A DNA stretch of 64,000 nucleotides from positions 320-64,319 of the forward strand of contig CAZTRE010000001.1 in the NCBI GenBank assembly GCA_964616405.1, written 5' to 3'. This DNA is from an uncultured Mycoplasma sp. Its GTDB lineage: Bacteria; Bacillota_I; Bacilli_A; RF39; UBA660. How positions within the stretch are numbered: the first letter of the stretch is position 1; every line of letters begins with the position of its first letter. Shown piece after piece: positions 1-11,081 of the stretch. The translations under genes were made by a program, and so were the position numbers. Below the pieces are notes generated by a model that saw nothing but the letters and a program-made list of their open reading frames with translations, did not search any database and was not told the origin of the DNA.

Positions 1-1
1 G

Positions 2-964
2 CAAACAATCGTAAGAACAAATAAGTTTAAATTAGATAATACCAAACCAGTCATTACTAGTGTAATAAACAGCAGTAATAGTAAATGGACAAACTCATCT
101 GTCACAATAAATGCTGAGGCGACAGACACACATTCTGGTATCAAACAAATTTATTATACATATTCAAATACATCAAGTGCCACAAAAAATAAAGATTGGG
201 GTACAAATAATATTACTTCAGTTATTGGAACATGGAGAGCTGAAAGAAATAATAATGTTTATATAATTGCAGAAGATAATGCCGGAAATTTCTCGGCATA
301 TAAATCGGCTGGAGAAGTAAAAATTGATAAAACGCCACCAACTTGTAAATCAAGTGGTGGAAATGAAGCGTGGACAAATGGCAACAGAACTCTAACTGGA
401 ACATGTAGTGATCCAGGTGGAAGTGGCTGTAAAGGAAATGTCAGTAAAGAATATTCAAACAATATCAACAGTACCAAGGAAAGTCCGGGAACAGTTTATG
501 ATAAAGTTGGTAATTCTAAAAAGTGTCCAGATCAAACAGTTAAAATAGATAAAACTGCTCCAACCATAACTGCTTCTGATAATTCGAAATTACCAGAGGG
601 TTATACAAAAGGAAAGATAGTAACAGTTAAAGACGACTATTGGTCAATAATAACGTTATGGAAATCACATTGCTTTGAAGCGAAAAGCTGTGGCGTAGAT
701 GCATCTTCACAAGCACAAGCGTGTGAATATAAGCATAATGGAACTACGTATACTGCAGAAAATAGAGTGACACAGTATAAAAAAGGTCTTCCATTGACGG
801 GCGATAGTAAAACAACAAAGACACAACATAGTAGCCCTAATGAAGGTAATAATCAATACAAATTTGAATTTAATACATCATTTTATTTTAAATGTAACAT
901 CCAAGCATACATACATGTTTGCGACGCAGCTAATAATTGTGCAACATACAAAGATACATATTAG
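2..964 (+). CDS. C-terminal part of a large modular secreted/surface protein (5' end outside window)
   Basis: Frame 2 is open from the window edge to TAG at 962-964; the ORF track shows only its last Met-started 65 aa. The translation has three K(I/L)D(K/N)T(K/P/A)P module-boundary motifs (nt 29-58, 320-343, 542-565) and Cys-rich stretches, as in repeated Ig-like surface modules. No catalytic motif recognised. Confidence 0.6.
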   Translation, partial: QTIVRTNKFKLDNTKPVITSVINSSNSKWTNSSVTINAEATDTHSGIKQIYYTYSNTSSATKNKDWGTNNITSVIGTWRAERNNNVYIIAEDNAGNFSAYKSAGEVKIDKTPPTCKSSGGNEAWTNGNRTLTGTCSDPGGSGCKGNVSKEYSNNINSTKESPGTVYDKVGNSKKCPDQTVKIDKTAPTITASDNSKLPEGYTKGKIVTVKDDYWSIITLWKSHCFEAKSCGVDASSQAQACEYKHNGTTYTAENRVTQYKKGLPLTGDSKTTKTQHSSPNEGNNQYKFEFNTSFYFKCNIQAYIHVCDAANNCATYKDTY

Positions 965-972
965 GAGGTATT

Positions 973-1431
973 ATGAATAAAAATAAAGCACTATTAATCA
1001 TCATAATAATTGTAAGCATTATGTTAGTCATTGTAGGGTTTATACTAAAAGAAACCTCAATAAAGACAAATAAAACAACTGCTCCAAAATATATTAACGA
1101 AATAGATGGAGTCAGATATAACACTTCAGAAAAATTTACCTCAACTCATAAAAATGAAGTGTTAGAACTCAAAGACATCGAGTTTTCCAATATAGATAAA
1201 AACTATATTTTAAAAATGAAAATCTGTAATATTTCCAATCAAACAATAGATGATGAGGTAAAAATAATCTTTCTATCAGAAGATAATGAAGAAATAGATT
1301 ATATGTATGAAAGCCTACCTCTACTAGAGCCCAAAACATGTATGATTTCGGAAATGTATTCGATAAAGCCAAAAATATTTGAAGCAATAGACTTTAAAAT
1401 AGAACTAAGAAATAATAAAATGAAATCCTAA
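973..1431 (+). CDS. small N-terminally membrane-anchored hypothetical protein
   Basis: AGGAGG at 963-968 sits 4 nt before ATG 973. The N-terminus MNKNKALLIIIIIVSIMLVIVGF is a signal-anchor. The track start at 937 lacks an SD. No family recognised. Confidence 0.6.
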   Translation: MNKNKALLIIIIIVSIMLVIVGFILKETSIKTNKTTAPKYINEIDGVRYNTSEKFTSTHKNEVLELKDIEFSNIDKNYILKMKICNISNQTIDDEVKIIFLSEDNEEIDYMYESLPLLEPKTCMISEMYSIKPKIFEAIDFKIELRNNKMKS

Positions 1432-1508
1432 TATAACTTATAAAAAAATCGGTTTTAAAATAACTGGTTTTTTTTAATAATAAATCATTAATGACGAAGA
1501 GTAATTAT

Positions 1509-2108
1509 CTAGACACTATGTTCAAATAGTGACACAAAATCGCCATTACCTCCAATAAATGAACCACTCATTGCCGCAAAAGCAACAGATGTATCTAATT
1601 CAACATCCTTATTTGGATCAAGCCCATTTTGTTTTATCGCATAATGAAGGGTCATTTCTGGCATACCATAAGCTCTGCCAGCAATAATTTTTTTACCTTT
1701 TAAGTCTTCTATCGAAAAGTCCTTAATTTCTTTTCGAGATACTAAGAATGACCCATCTTTTTGAGTTAACTGTGCAAATGTTTTTAGATAATCTTTTTCT
1801 CCACCATTGTAAACGTAAATAGTCGCTTCACTTCCACAAAAACCAATATCGGCATCTCCTGATAAAACTGCAGCTGTAACTTTATCAGCTCCACTAGCTA
1901 AAAATAGTTCTACATCTAATCCAACTTCTTTGAAATAGCCCTTTTCTAAAGCTACATATTGTGGTGCATAAAAGATTGTATGTGCAACCTCTGCCACCTT
2001 GATTTTCTTTAAAGACTCATCGCCTTTATTAAAATCAAATAATACTGAGCATGCCGCTATTAAAATAAGCAAACTACTCAAAACATAAATAATAATTCTC
2101 TTTTTCAT
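1509..2108 (-). pseudogene. truncated ABC substrate-binding lipoprotein (NMT1/THI5-like, NitT/TauT/SsuA type), C-terminal third missing
   Basis: Lipobox LILIAAC is present, followed by VAHTIFYAPQYVALEKGYF, GADKVTAAVLSGDADIGF and GDFVSLFE, which matches the N-terminal ~200 aa of ~320-330 aa NMT1-like binding proteins. The frame stops right after FEHSV, 77 nt from the convergent gene. No permease or ATPase partner is nearby. Confidence 0.55.
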
Positions 2109-2305
2109 AATTCTCCTTTCTAACTAAAGTATTATATGTAAACTAATAACTTGTGTTATTGAAAGAACACTTAGAAAGAAAGGTAATTTATGCTTATTTG
2201 CTTATTGGTAAATTCTAAAAAAGAGGAAAAAGTTAAAAAAATCTTAAAAAAGGTTAAAAAAATCATGTTTTTGGCCTATAATAGTATCTTGAGAAAGCAA
2301 AATGA

Positions 2306-2334
2306 TTGCAAAAAAAAGACAAATGTGTTATAAT
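2306..2334 (+). promoter_or_regulatory. sigma-A type promoter of the adhesin-sortase operon
   Basis: TTGCAA (2306-2311), 17-nt spacer, TATAAT (2329-2334), preceded by TGt (extended -10). Confidence 0.6.
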
Positions 2335-2362
2335 ATAGCCACATTGAGTGAGGGGGAAATTT

Positions 2363-3883
2363 ATGAAAAAATTAACACAAACAATCAAAAAAATGTTTTT
2401 AGTATTAATTTGTTTTGCTATACTTGGAGCAACTATTAATACTAACGCAGTTGCATCTTCTATTGAGTTAGCAGGATCTCAAACTGTATCTGGTTATGTT
2501 TCAGGAGTAAAATTTAATACTAAAACAACATCAGATGGTAAATTAGCATATTGTTTAGATATGAACAAAAAAACTACAAAAAATGTTACTGCTTATCTTG
2601 TGGGTGAGCTAGATGCTGGTATGTCATATATTATTACAAATGGTTATCCCAACAAAACATTTACTGGTGACAAAATGAAGGACTACTATATCACTCAAAC
2701 TGCCGTTTGGTGGTATCTAGATAATACAACAGGTAGTTCAAACTTAAGTCAAAAATTCAAAACAACTGGTTCCGATCCACATAATCTAAGACCAACCATT
2801 AAAGCGCTTGTTTCAAAGGCAGAAGAAGCAAGAAAAAAAGGTTATGCTAAAACAGCTTTAACAATTTCATCAAATGATTTTTCAATGTCTTTACAAGGAG
2901 ACTATTATGTTTCTAATGAAATCTATGCAAAAGTACATAGTAACATTTCAAACTATAATGTTTCTGCAACAGGGGCATCTAAAATTCAAATAATTGATGC
3001 TAATGGCAAAGAAAAATCAACATTTGGAGTTAATGAGAAATTCAGAGTTAGAGTACCAGCTAGTTCAGTAAGTGGTACAAAAATAACAATCCAAGTAAAA
3101 GCCTATGCTAAAGGTGTAATCTACAAAGCATATGAATATAGACCAAATGATAGTAATATGCAACCAGTTACACCATCAATTCCAGAAGCAATTTATCAAG
3201 AGGTTACTTCAATTTTAGATTTAACAATTGACTCATCAAGAGTTAGAATTATAAAAATTGATGAACTTACAGGAAATGCCCTAGCTGGAGCAAACTTAGT
3301 ATTAAAAGATGCTAACGGAAATGTAAAAGCAGAGTGGACTTCTACAACAAGTCCTCGTACAATCAGAAATTTACCAAATGGTACATATACAGTTACTGAG
3401 ACTGCTGCACCAGAAGGTTATATCTTAGATAGTACTCCAGTTCAATTTACAATTACTAATACCAATAGAGATATTGAAGTAAAAGTAAAAAATAAACCAA
3501 GAGAAAGCGTTGTTAATATTTTAAAAGTAGACGCTTCAACCGGTAATCCATTAGCTGGTGCAGTACTAGTATTAAAAGATTCAGCTGGTGAAGAAATAAT
3601 AAGATTTACAACTACAACAGAACCAGAAGTATTTACTGATTTACCAAATGGTACATATACAGTAGAGGAAATAGAAGCTCCTGCTGGATATATGTTTAGT
3701 TCAAAATCTATAACATTCACAATTACAGATCAAAACTTATCACATCAAATAATTTTCGAAAACTACCCAGAAGTAGAGGTTCCAGACACTAATGCTTCAA
3801 CAGTGATTATCACATTATTAGGTATTGTAGTAATTGCCTCAGGTATTGGATTCGTTTACAAGAATGGTAAGAAAGCAAGATAA
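2363..3883 (+). CDS. thioester-domain (TED) surface adhesin with two Cna-B/SpaA-type repeats and a C-terminal sorting signal
   Basis: GAGGGGG SD lies before ATG 2363 and a signal peptide ends at NAVA. The thioester pair is the Cys in AYCLD (TGT 2552-2554) and the Gln in YITQTAVWW (CAA 2696-2698). There are two repeats of the type IKIDELTGNALAGANLVLKD...LPNGTYTVTETAAPEGY. The C-terminus has VPDTN (3779-3793), then a hydrophobic helix and a KNGKKAR tail. Confidence 0.8.
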   Translation: MKKLTQTIKKMFLVLICFAILGATINTNAVASSIELAGSQTVSGYVSGVKFNTKTTSDGKLAYCLDMNKKTTKNVTAYLVGELDAGMSYIITNGYPNKTFTGDKMKDYYITQTAVWWYLDNTTGSSNLSQKFKTTGSDPHNLRPTIKALVSKAEEARKKGYAKTALTISSNDFSMSLQGDYYVSNEIYAKVHSNISNYNVSATGASKIQIIDANGKEKSTFGVNEKFRVRVPASSVSGTKITIQVKAYAKGVIYKAYEYRPNDSNMQPVTPSIPEAIYQEVTSILDLTIDSSRVRIIKIDELTGNALAGANLVLKDANGNVKAEWTSTTSPRTIRNLPNGTYTVTETAAPEGYILDSTPVQFTITNTNRDIEVKVKNKPRESVVNILKVDASTGNPLAGAVLVLKDSAGEEIIRFTTTTEPEVFTDLPNGTYTVEEIEAPAGYMFSSKSITFTITDQNLSHQIIFENYPEVEVPDTNASTVIITLLGIVVIASGIGFVYKNGKKAR

Positions 3884-4514
3884 TAGACAAGAAAAAAGAA
3901 TCCCTTCTACTACGATAGCTGTCATTGGGTCAGCTATAATCTTAATAGGAGGATTCTTTCTTTCTTATAATTATATTCAATCAAAAAAAATAATCGCTTA
4001 CGATTATATGGCCAACATATTTTATGAAGAAAAAGATGTAGAATTATTAGAATATGATGGTGAACTAAAAGAAGAAAAGGAAGAGAATCTAGGGGAAATA
4101 ACAAATAACTATATTGGTTATTTAACAATATCTAAAATTAATTTAAAAAAAGGTTTCTTAGATATACGCTCAGAATTAAATAACATTGAACAAAATGTAA
4201 CTGTTATTAAAGGATCATCTTATCCAGATACAGAAAAAGGAAACCTAATTTTAGCGGCCCATTCTGGTTCCGGTTGGAAAGCATTTTTCAATGACTTATA
4301 TAAATTATCCGCTGGAGATACGGCTGAAATATCTTATAAAGGCAAAAAATATACTTATGAAATTGTTAATATCTATAAACAAGAAAAAACAGGTAAAATT
4401 GCCATTTATAGAAATTATAATAAAACAACGTTAACGTTAGTTACTTGTACCAACTTTGATAAAGCAACCCAGACTATTTACATCGCCGAATTACAAAATG
4501 TAGAAGAAGAATAA
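3864..4514 (+). CDS. sortase (class B-like), membrane anchored
   Basis: It has an N-terminal TM segment, the His motif LILAAHSG, the catalytic TLVTC motif and a downstream conserved Arg region. The start is ambiguous (TTG 3834 or ATG 3864); both overlap the adhesin 3' end and neither has a good SD. Confidence 0.75.
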   Translation: MVRKQDNRQEKRIPSTTIAVIGSAIILIGGFFLSYNYIQSKKIIAYDYMANIFYEEKDVELLEYDGELKEEKEENLGEITNNYIGYLTISKINLKKGFLDIRSELNNIEQNVTVIKGSSYPDTEKGNLILAAHSGSGWKAFFNDLYKLSAGDTAEISYKGKKYTYEIVNIYKQEKTGKIAIYRNYNKTTLTLVTCTNFDKATQTIYIAELQNVEEE

Positions 4515-4539
4515 AATATACTTCATGGGGGTGAGGTTT

Positions 4540-5772
4540 ATGACAAAGACAACGATACTAGAAGAATTCAAAATACTTTTTGATACATCAATGTCTTCAA
4601 AAATGTTTATTGCTGCTATTATATTCATAATTTTACTGGCTATTATAGCTTTAACCACAAATGAAAAGAATGCTAAACGCAGTAAAAGAATTTATGCTCT
4701 AGTATATATAGTTATAATAATTAGTTTGGTAATTATGTATCATGATTACTTAGGTCAAATGTTTGATTATATGATGAATAATTTCTTTATAGTTTTCTAT
4801 TTTCCAAACATTGCCGTATACATGGCAGCTATACTTATAACAAATATTATTATTTGGACAAGCATCTTCAATATGAAAACACCTAAGTTGCTTAGAATAA
4901 TCAATGTTATTGCCTATGGAATAATTCACTATTTACTAGCCTTAGTTTTAAATATCATTTCTAAAAATGAATTAGATATTTTTTCTCAAACTTCAATTTA
5001 TGGAAATAGGGAAGCTCAAGCAATAATTGAACTATCAAGCACCATCTTTATCGTATGGATAATATTTTTAATCTTTTATAAAGTAATAAGACATTTCCAA
5101 TTAACAGATGTTGCACCAGTAGCCCAAAAAGTTGTCATTAAAAAAGTTAGAACCTTACCAGAAGGAATCAATGAAATTGAAGCTCCATTATTTGTTAAAG
5201 CTCAACCTAAAAAAGAAAATTTAAACGTTAAGAAAATTGATGAGGCAGTTGTTAATCAGTTGATTGAAGAGGCTAACTTTGAAAAAGAAATTCTAGAACA
5301 GCAACTAGCTGAGACAAAGGAACGTTTATTCCAAGCGGAAGAACAATTAACTGTACAGCAAAGTCAAATTAAATCAACCGCTATAGAACAAGAAAGATTT
5401 CACCAAGAAAAACTTAAGTTTGAAGAAAGCTATTCTAAATTATACGATACTCAACAACGTATGATTAAAATAGAGCATGAAAAGCTAAGACAAGAACAAG
5501 AAAAACTTCAACAAGAGAAAAATAATTTACTACAAGAAAAGAAAGCTTTGGAAAAGCAAAGAGAAACCCCACAACCAAAAGTTGTCGATGCTACCGCAAC
5601 AATTATGCAAAACCTTGATAGTATGTTTACTTTAGAAGATTACAAAGCCTTAGCTACGTTGCTTAAAGAAAAGCAAAGAAAAAAATCTTTTGTTTCAGAA
5701 AAAAATGAATTTCAAGAATCAGAAGAAAATAAATTTAATCAAATAAGAGAAGTTTATAAAAGTGCGAGATAA
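4540..5772 (+). CDS. polytopic membrane protein with long C-terminal coiled-coil (hypothetical)
   Basis: GGGGTGAGG SD lies before ATG 4540. There are about 6 hydrophobic helices, then a Q/E/K-rich heptad-like region (QEKLKFEE...KLRQEQEKLQQEKNNLLQEKKALEKQ). It starts 25 nt after the sortase gene and is probably co-transcribed. Confidence 0.6.
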   Translation: MTKTTILEEFKILFDTSMSSKMFIAAIIFIILLAIIALTTNEKNAKRSKRIYALVYIVIIISLVIMYHDYLGQMFDYMMNNFFIVFYFPNIAVYMAAILITNIIIWTSIFNMKTPKLLRIINVIAYGIIHYLLALVLNIISKNELDIFSQTSIYGNREAQAIIELSSTIFIVWIIFLIFYKVIRHFQLTDVAPVAQKVVIKKVRTLPEGINEIEAPLFVKAQPKKENLNVKKIDEAVVNQLIEEANFEKEILEQQLAETKERLFQAEEQLTVQQSQIKSTAIEQERFHQEKLKFEESYSKLYDTQQRMIKIEHEKLRQEQEKLQQEKNNLLQEKKALEKQRETPQPKVVDATATIMQNLDSMFTLEDYKALATLLKEKQRKKSFVSEKNEFQESEENKFNQIREVYKSAR

Positions 5773-5840
5773 CTTGCGCTTTTTTCTTTTGCTTATAATA
5801 CTATTTTGAGATATAATGTAGTTAGGAAGTAGGTAAGAAA

Positions 5841-7937
5841 ATGGATTTAGAAAACTTAAATGAAAAACAAAAAGAAGCCGTACTATATAATGATGGTCCA
5901 CTTTTAATAATTGCCGGGGCTGGAGCAGGTAAGACAAAAACGCTTACTACAAAGATTGCATATTTAATTGAAGAAGAAAATGTCAATCCCCATAATATTT
6001 TAGCTATAACTTTTACCAATAAAGCCGCTAAAGAAATGAAAGATAGATTATATATGCTAGTAGGAGATCTAGCTAAAAAACTACAAGTATCAACTTTCCA
6101 TAGTTTTGGCTTAAAACTTCTAAGAGAAAATTATGATGCTTTAGGTTATGATAGAAACTTCGTTATTATGGATAGTGATGATTCCTTAACAGTTGTAAAA
6201 AAGATTATTAAAGATATGGGTTATGATCCAAAAATATATAATCCACGAGCTATTAGAAATAAAATAAGCAGTTGTAAAAACGAAATGATGTCACCAGAAA
6301 AATATGAAAAATATGCTGTTAGTGATTATGAGAAAGTAGTTCAAGCGGTCTATGCAAAATATGAAACAAAGCTTCAAAGAAATAATTCAGTTGACTTCGA
6401 TGATTTATTACTTTTACCAATCGAACTATTTAAAAAGTATCCAGAAACATTAGAAAGGTATCAAGATTTATACCAATATTTATTAATTGATGAATACCAA
6501 GATACCAATGAAGCTCAATATATTTTAACTAAATTACTATGTGCTAAAAACAGAAAAATTACCTGTGTTGGTGATGACTCTCAGAGCATTTATAGTTTTA
6601 GAGGAGCTAATTATAAAAATATTTTAAATTTTGAAAAAGATTATCCTGAGGCCAAAACTATTCTTCTAGAACAAAACTATCGTTCAACAAGTACTATTTT
6701 AGATGCTGCTAACCAAGTTATTAAAAATAATAAAATGCGTAAAGATAAAAATCTTTGGACAGCTCGTGGCGAAGGATCTAAAATAAAATATTATCGAGCT
6801 TATAATGAACGAGATGAAGCCCAATATGTAATTAGAAAAGTCAAAGAATTAGTAAATAAAGGCATAGAATATAAAGATATGGCTGTTCTTTATAGAACCA
6901 ATGCGCAATCTCGTGTTCTAGAAGAGGAAATGTTAAGAGAAAACATGCCATACCGTGTAATTGGAAGCTTCTATTTCTACTCAAGAAAAGAAATTAAAGA
7001 TTTAATTGCTTACTTAAGATTAATTCATAACTCCAAAGATAATATCAGTTTACTTCGTGTAATCAACACTCCAAAAAGGGGAATAGGACTAAAAACAATC
7101 GAAGCTTTAACTGAGAAAGCTGATTTAGAAGGAACTAGTATTTACGAGGCTATCTCAGGTGGTAAAGAACTTGCTTTCAAAAGTACCATTGAAAAACTAA
7201 AAGCCATCTCTGAAGATTTGACTTTAACGGAATTGATAGATAAAGTACTAGATGCCTCTGGCTTAAGAGCTGAACTTGAAAGTGAAAAATCATTAGAAGC
7301 TGAAGTTCGACTAGAAAACTTGGAGGAATTTAAATCTATTACCAAATCATTTGAAGAACGTGAAGGATTAATTTCTCTTGAGGACTTTTTACTTGAAATT
7401 AGTTTAATAAGTGATGTTGAAGAATATAAAGATGACCCAAATAGAATAAGTTTAATGACAGTTCACTCTGTTAAAGGATTAGAGTTTGATCATGTCTTTG
7501 TCGTAGGTATGGAAGAGGGAATCTTCCCACATATGAATTCGCTTATGGAAAATTCTGAATTAGAAGAAGAAAGACGTCTTTGTTATGTCGCAATTACAAG
7601 AGCTAAAGATGATCTTCATCTAATAAATGCTAGACGTCGTACCCTTTTTGGTAAAGAACAAATTAACCCAGTAAGTCGTTTTATGGGCGAAATCGATAAA
7701 AGTTTAATCGAAGCAAATACTCAAGAAGACATGCCACAAAAAGAAGAAAAAATCCAAGTAGGTGAAATGTTTAGAGAAGAAGAGGTTGATTACCAAGTAG
7801 GAGACTACGTTTACCATGAATCTTTTGGTACAGGCCGTGTAGTTGAAGTAACGAATACCCTTGTAAGTGTCGCATTCAAATTACCACATGGTGTTAAAAA
7901 ACTTATGAAAAATCATAAGAAGTTATCAAAAGTTTAA
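5841..7937 (+). CDS. pcrA: ATP-dependent DNA helicase PcrA/UvrD
   Basis: Walker A AGAGAGKTKTL, DEYQDTN, the YRS motif (QNYRSTS), VHSVKGLEF and CYVAITRAK are UvrD/PcrA helicase motifs. It lies upstream of ligA as in Bacilli. Confidence 0.93.
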   Translation: MDLENLNEKQKEAVLYNDGPLLIIAGAGAGKTKTLTTKIAYLIEEENVNPHNILAITFTNKAAKEMKDRLYMLVGDLAKKLQVSTFHSFGLKLLRENYDALGYDRNFVIMDSDDSLTVVKKIIKDMGYDPKIYNPRAIRNKISSCKNEMMSPEKYEKYAVSDYEKVVQAVYAKYETKLQRNNSVDFDDLLLLPIELFKKYPETLERYQDLYQYLLIDEYQDTNEAQYILTKLLCAKNRKITCVGDDSQSIYSFRGANYKNILNFEKDYPEAKTILLEQNYRSTSTILDAANQVIKNNKMRKDKNLWTARGEGSKIKYYRAYNERDEAQYVIRKVKELVNKGIEYKDMAVLYRTNAQSRVLEEEMLRENMPYRVIGSFYFYSRKEIKDLIAYLRLIHNSKDNISLLRVINTPKRGIGLKTIEALTEKADLEGTSIYEAISGGKELAFKSTIEKLKAISEDLTLTELIDKVLDASGLRAELESEKSLEAEVRLENLEEFKSITKSFEEREGLISLEDFLLEISLISDVEEYKDDPNRISLMTVHSVKGLEFDHVFVVGMEEGIFPHMNSLMENSELEEERRLCYVAITRAKDDLHLINARRRTLFGKEQINPVSRFMGEIDKSLIEANTQEDMPQKEEKIQVGEMFREEEVDYQVGDYVYHESFGTGRVVEVTNTLVSVAFKLPHGVKKLMKNHKKLSKV

Positions 7938-7986
7938 ATAAAAGTTGTGATTGAATATAAAAAATATATAAAGGAGGATTATAAAT

Positions 7987-8907
7987 ATGAATAAAGATAT
8001 CACATTAGTAATTTTAGCTGCCGGTATGGGAAGTAGATTTGGAGGACTAAAACAAATTACTCCATTAGGACCAAATGATGAGTTTATTATTGATTACTCA
8101 GTATATGATGCTATAAAAGCGGGATTTACCAAAATAGTTTTCTTAATAAAAGAGGAAAACTATGAAATATTTAAAGAAACTATTGGAAGTAGAGTAGAAC
8201 CACATATTAAGGTAGAATATGTTTTCCAAAAAAATGACAATTTACCAGAAGGTTATGAAATACCAGCTGATAGAGTTAAACCTTTAGGAACAGCTCATGC
8301 CGTTTTATGTTGTAAAGACAAAGTTCATGAACCATTTATGATAATTAATGCCGATGATTTCTATGGTAGAGATTCATATATGAGAGCTGCCGAATTTTTA
8401 AAGAACATAACGGATGAAAAGCCATATCATCATGGACTGGTTGGTTACTTAGTAAAAAATACAATTACAGATAATGGTTCAGTAAAACGTGGCGTATGTA
8501 AAATAGAAAATAATTATTTAACTGAAATAACAGAAAGTTCAATTGAAAGAGTAGATGAAAACACCATTATGGCTCAACCACTAAGTGGAGCCGAGGCATT
8601 TGAAGTTGCCGAAGATGATACTGTCTCAATGAATATGTTATTGTTTACACCTCACATCTTTGATTATATTGCTGATAATTTTGCCAACTTCTTAGATAGT
8701 AATAAAGATGATTTAGACAAATGTGAATATTTAATTCCAGATATCGTTTTCCAAGCCATTGAAGAAAACTTCGCAACAACAGAAGTTTTAAAAACAACCG
8801 CTACCTGGTATGGAGTAACATATAAAGAGGATGCAGATGATGTAAAATCTGCTCTAACTAAGATGGTAGTAGATGGAGTTTATCCAAATAATTTATGGAA
8901 AAAATAG
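7987..8907 (+). CDS. NTP-transferase family protein (sugar-phosphate nucleotidylyltransferase-like)
   Basis: The N-terminal LAAGMGSRFGGLKQ signature and the later GTAHAV and INADDFYG motifs are typical of the nucleotidyl-transferase fold. Substrate unknown. Confidence 0.6.
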   Translation: MNKDITLVILAAGMGSRFGGLKQITPLGPNDEFIIDYSVYDAIKAGFTKIVFLIKEENYEIFKETIGSRVEPHIKVEYVFQKNDNLPEGYEIPADRVKPLGTAHAVLCCKDKVHEPFMIINADDFYGRDSYMRAAEFLKNITDEKPYHHGLVGYLVKNTITDNGSVKRGVCKIENNYLTEITESSIERVDENTIMAQPLSGAEAFEVAEDDTVSMNMLLFTPHIFDYIADNFANFLDSNKDDLDKCEYLIPDIVFQAIEENFATTEVLKTTATWYGVTYKEDADDVKSALTKMVVDGVYPNNLWKK

Positions 8908-8975
8908 TCAAGAAGGGTTTATCTCTTCTTTTTTTTGAGTTAAAGGGATGATATAATTAATTATAGGTGATATAA

Positions 8976-10968
<1,993 letters not shown>

Positions 10969-11081
10969 ATTGAAAAACAAAGCATTTTATGTTATAATAA
11001 GCAGCATCTTACAAGTAATTCAGAGATTTCTTTACTAGAGTAAGTTGATAATGATATAATAAGAATAATTGAGGTGATACT

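Noticed and set aside
222-477. Two minus-strand ORFs (222-404, 259-477) from the ORF track
   Set aside because: They lie entirely antisense within the long open frame of the partial surface-protein gene (2-964). They have no SD, and their composition (F/L/H/Y-rich) is what antisense AT-rich coding DNA gives.
1443-1475. A-run / T-run flanked sequence after the small membrane-protein gene, looked like a bidirectional terminator
   Set aside because: I could not draw a convincing stem: ATCGGTT and AACTGGTT are not complementary.
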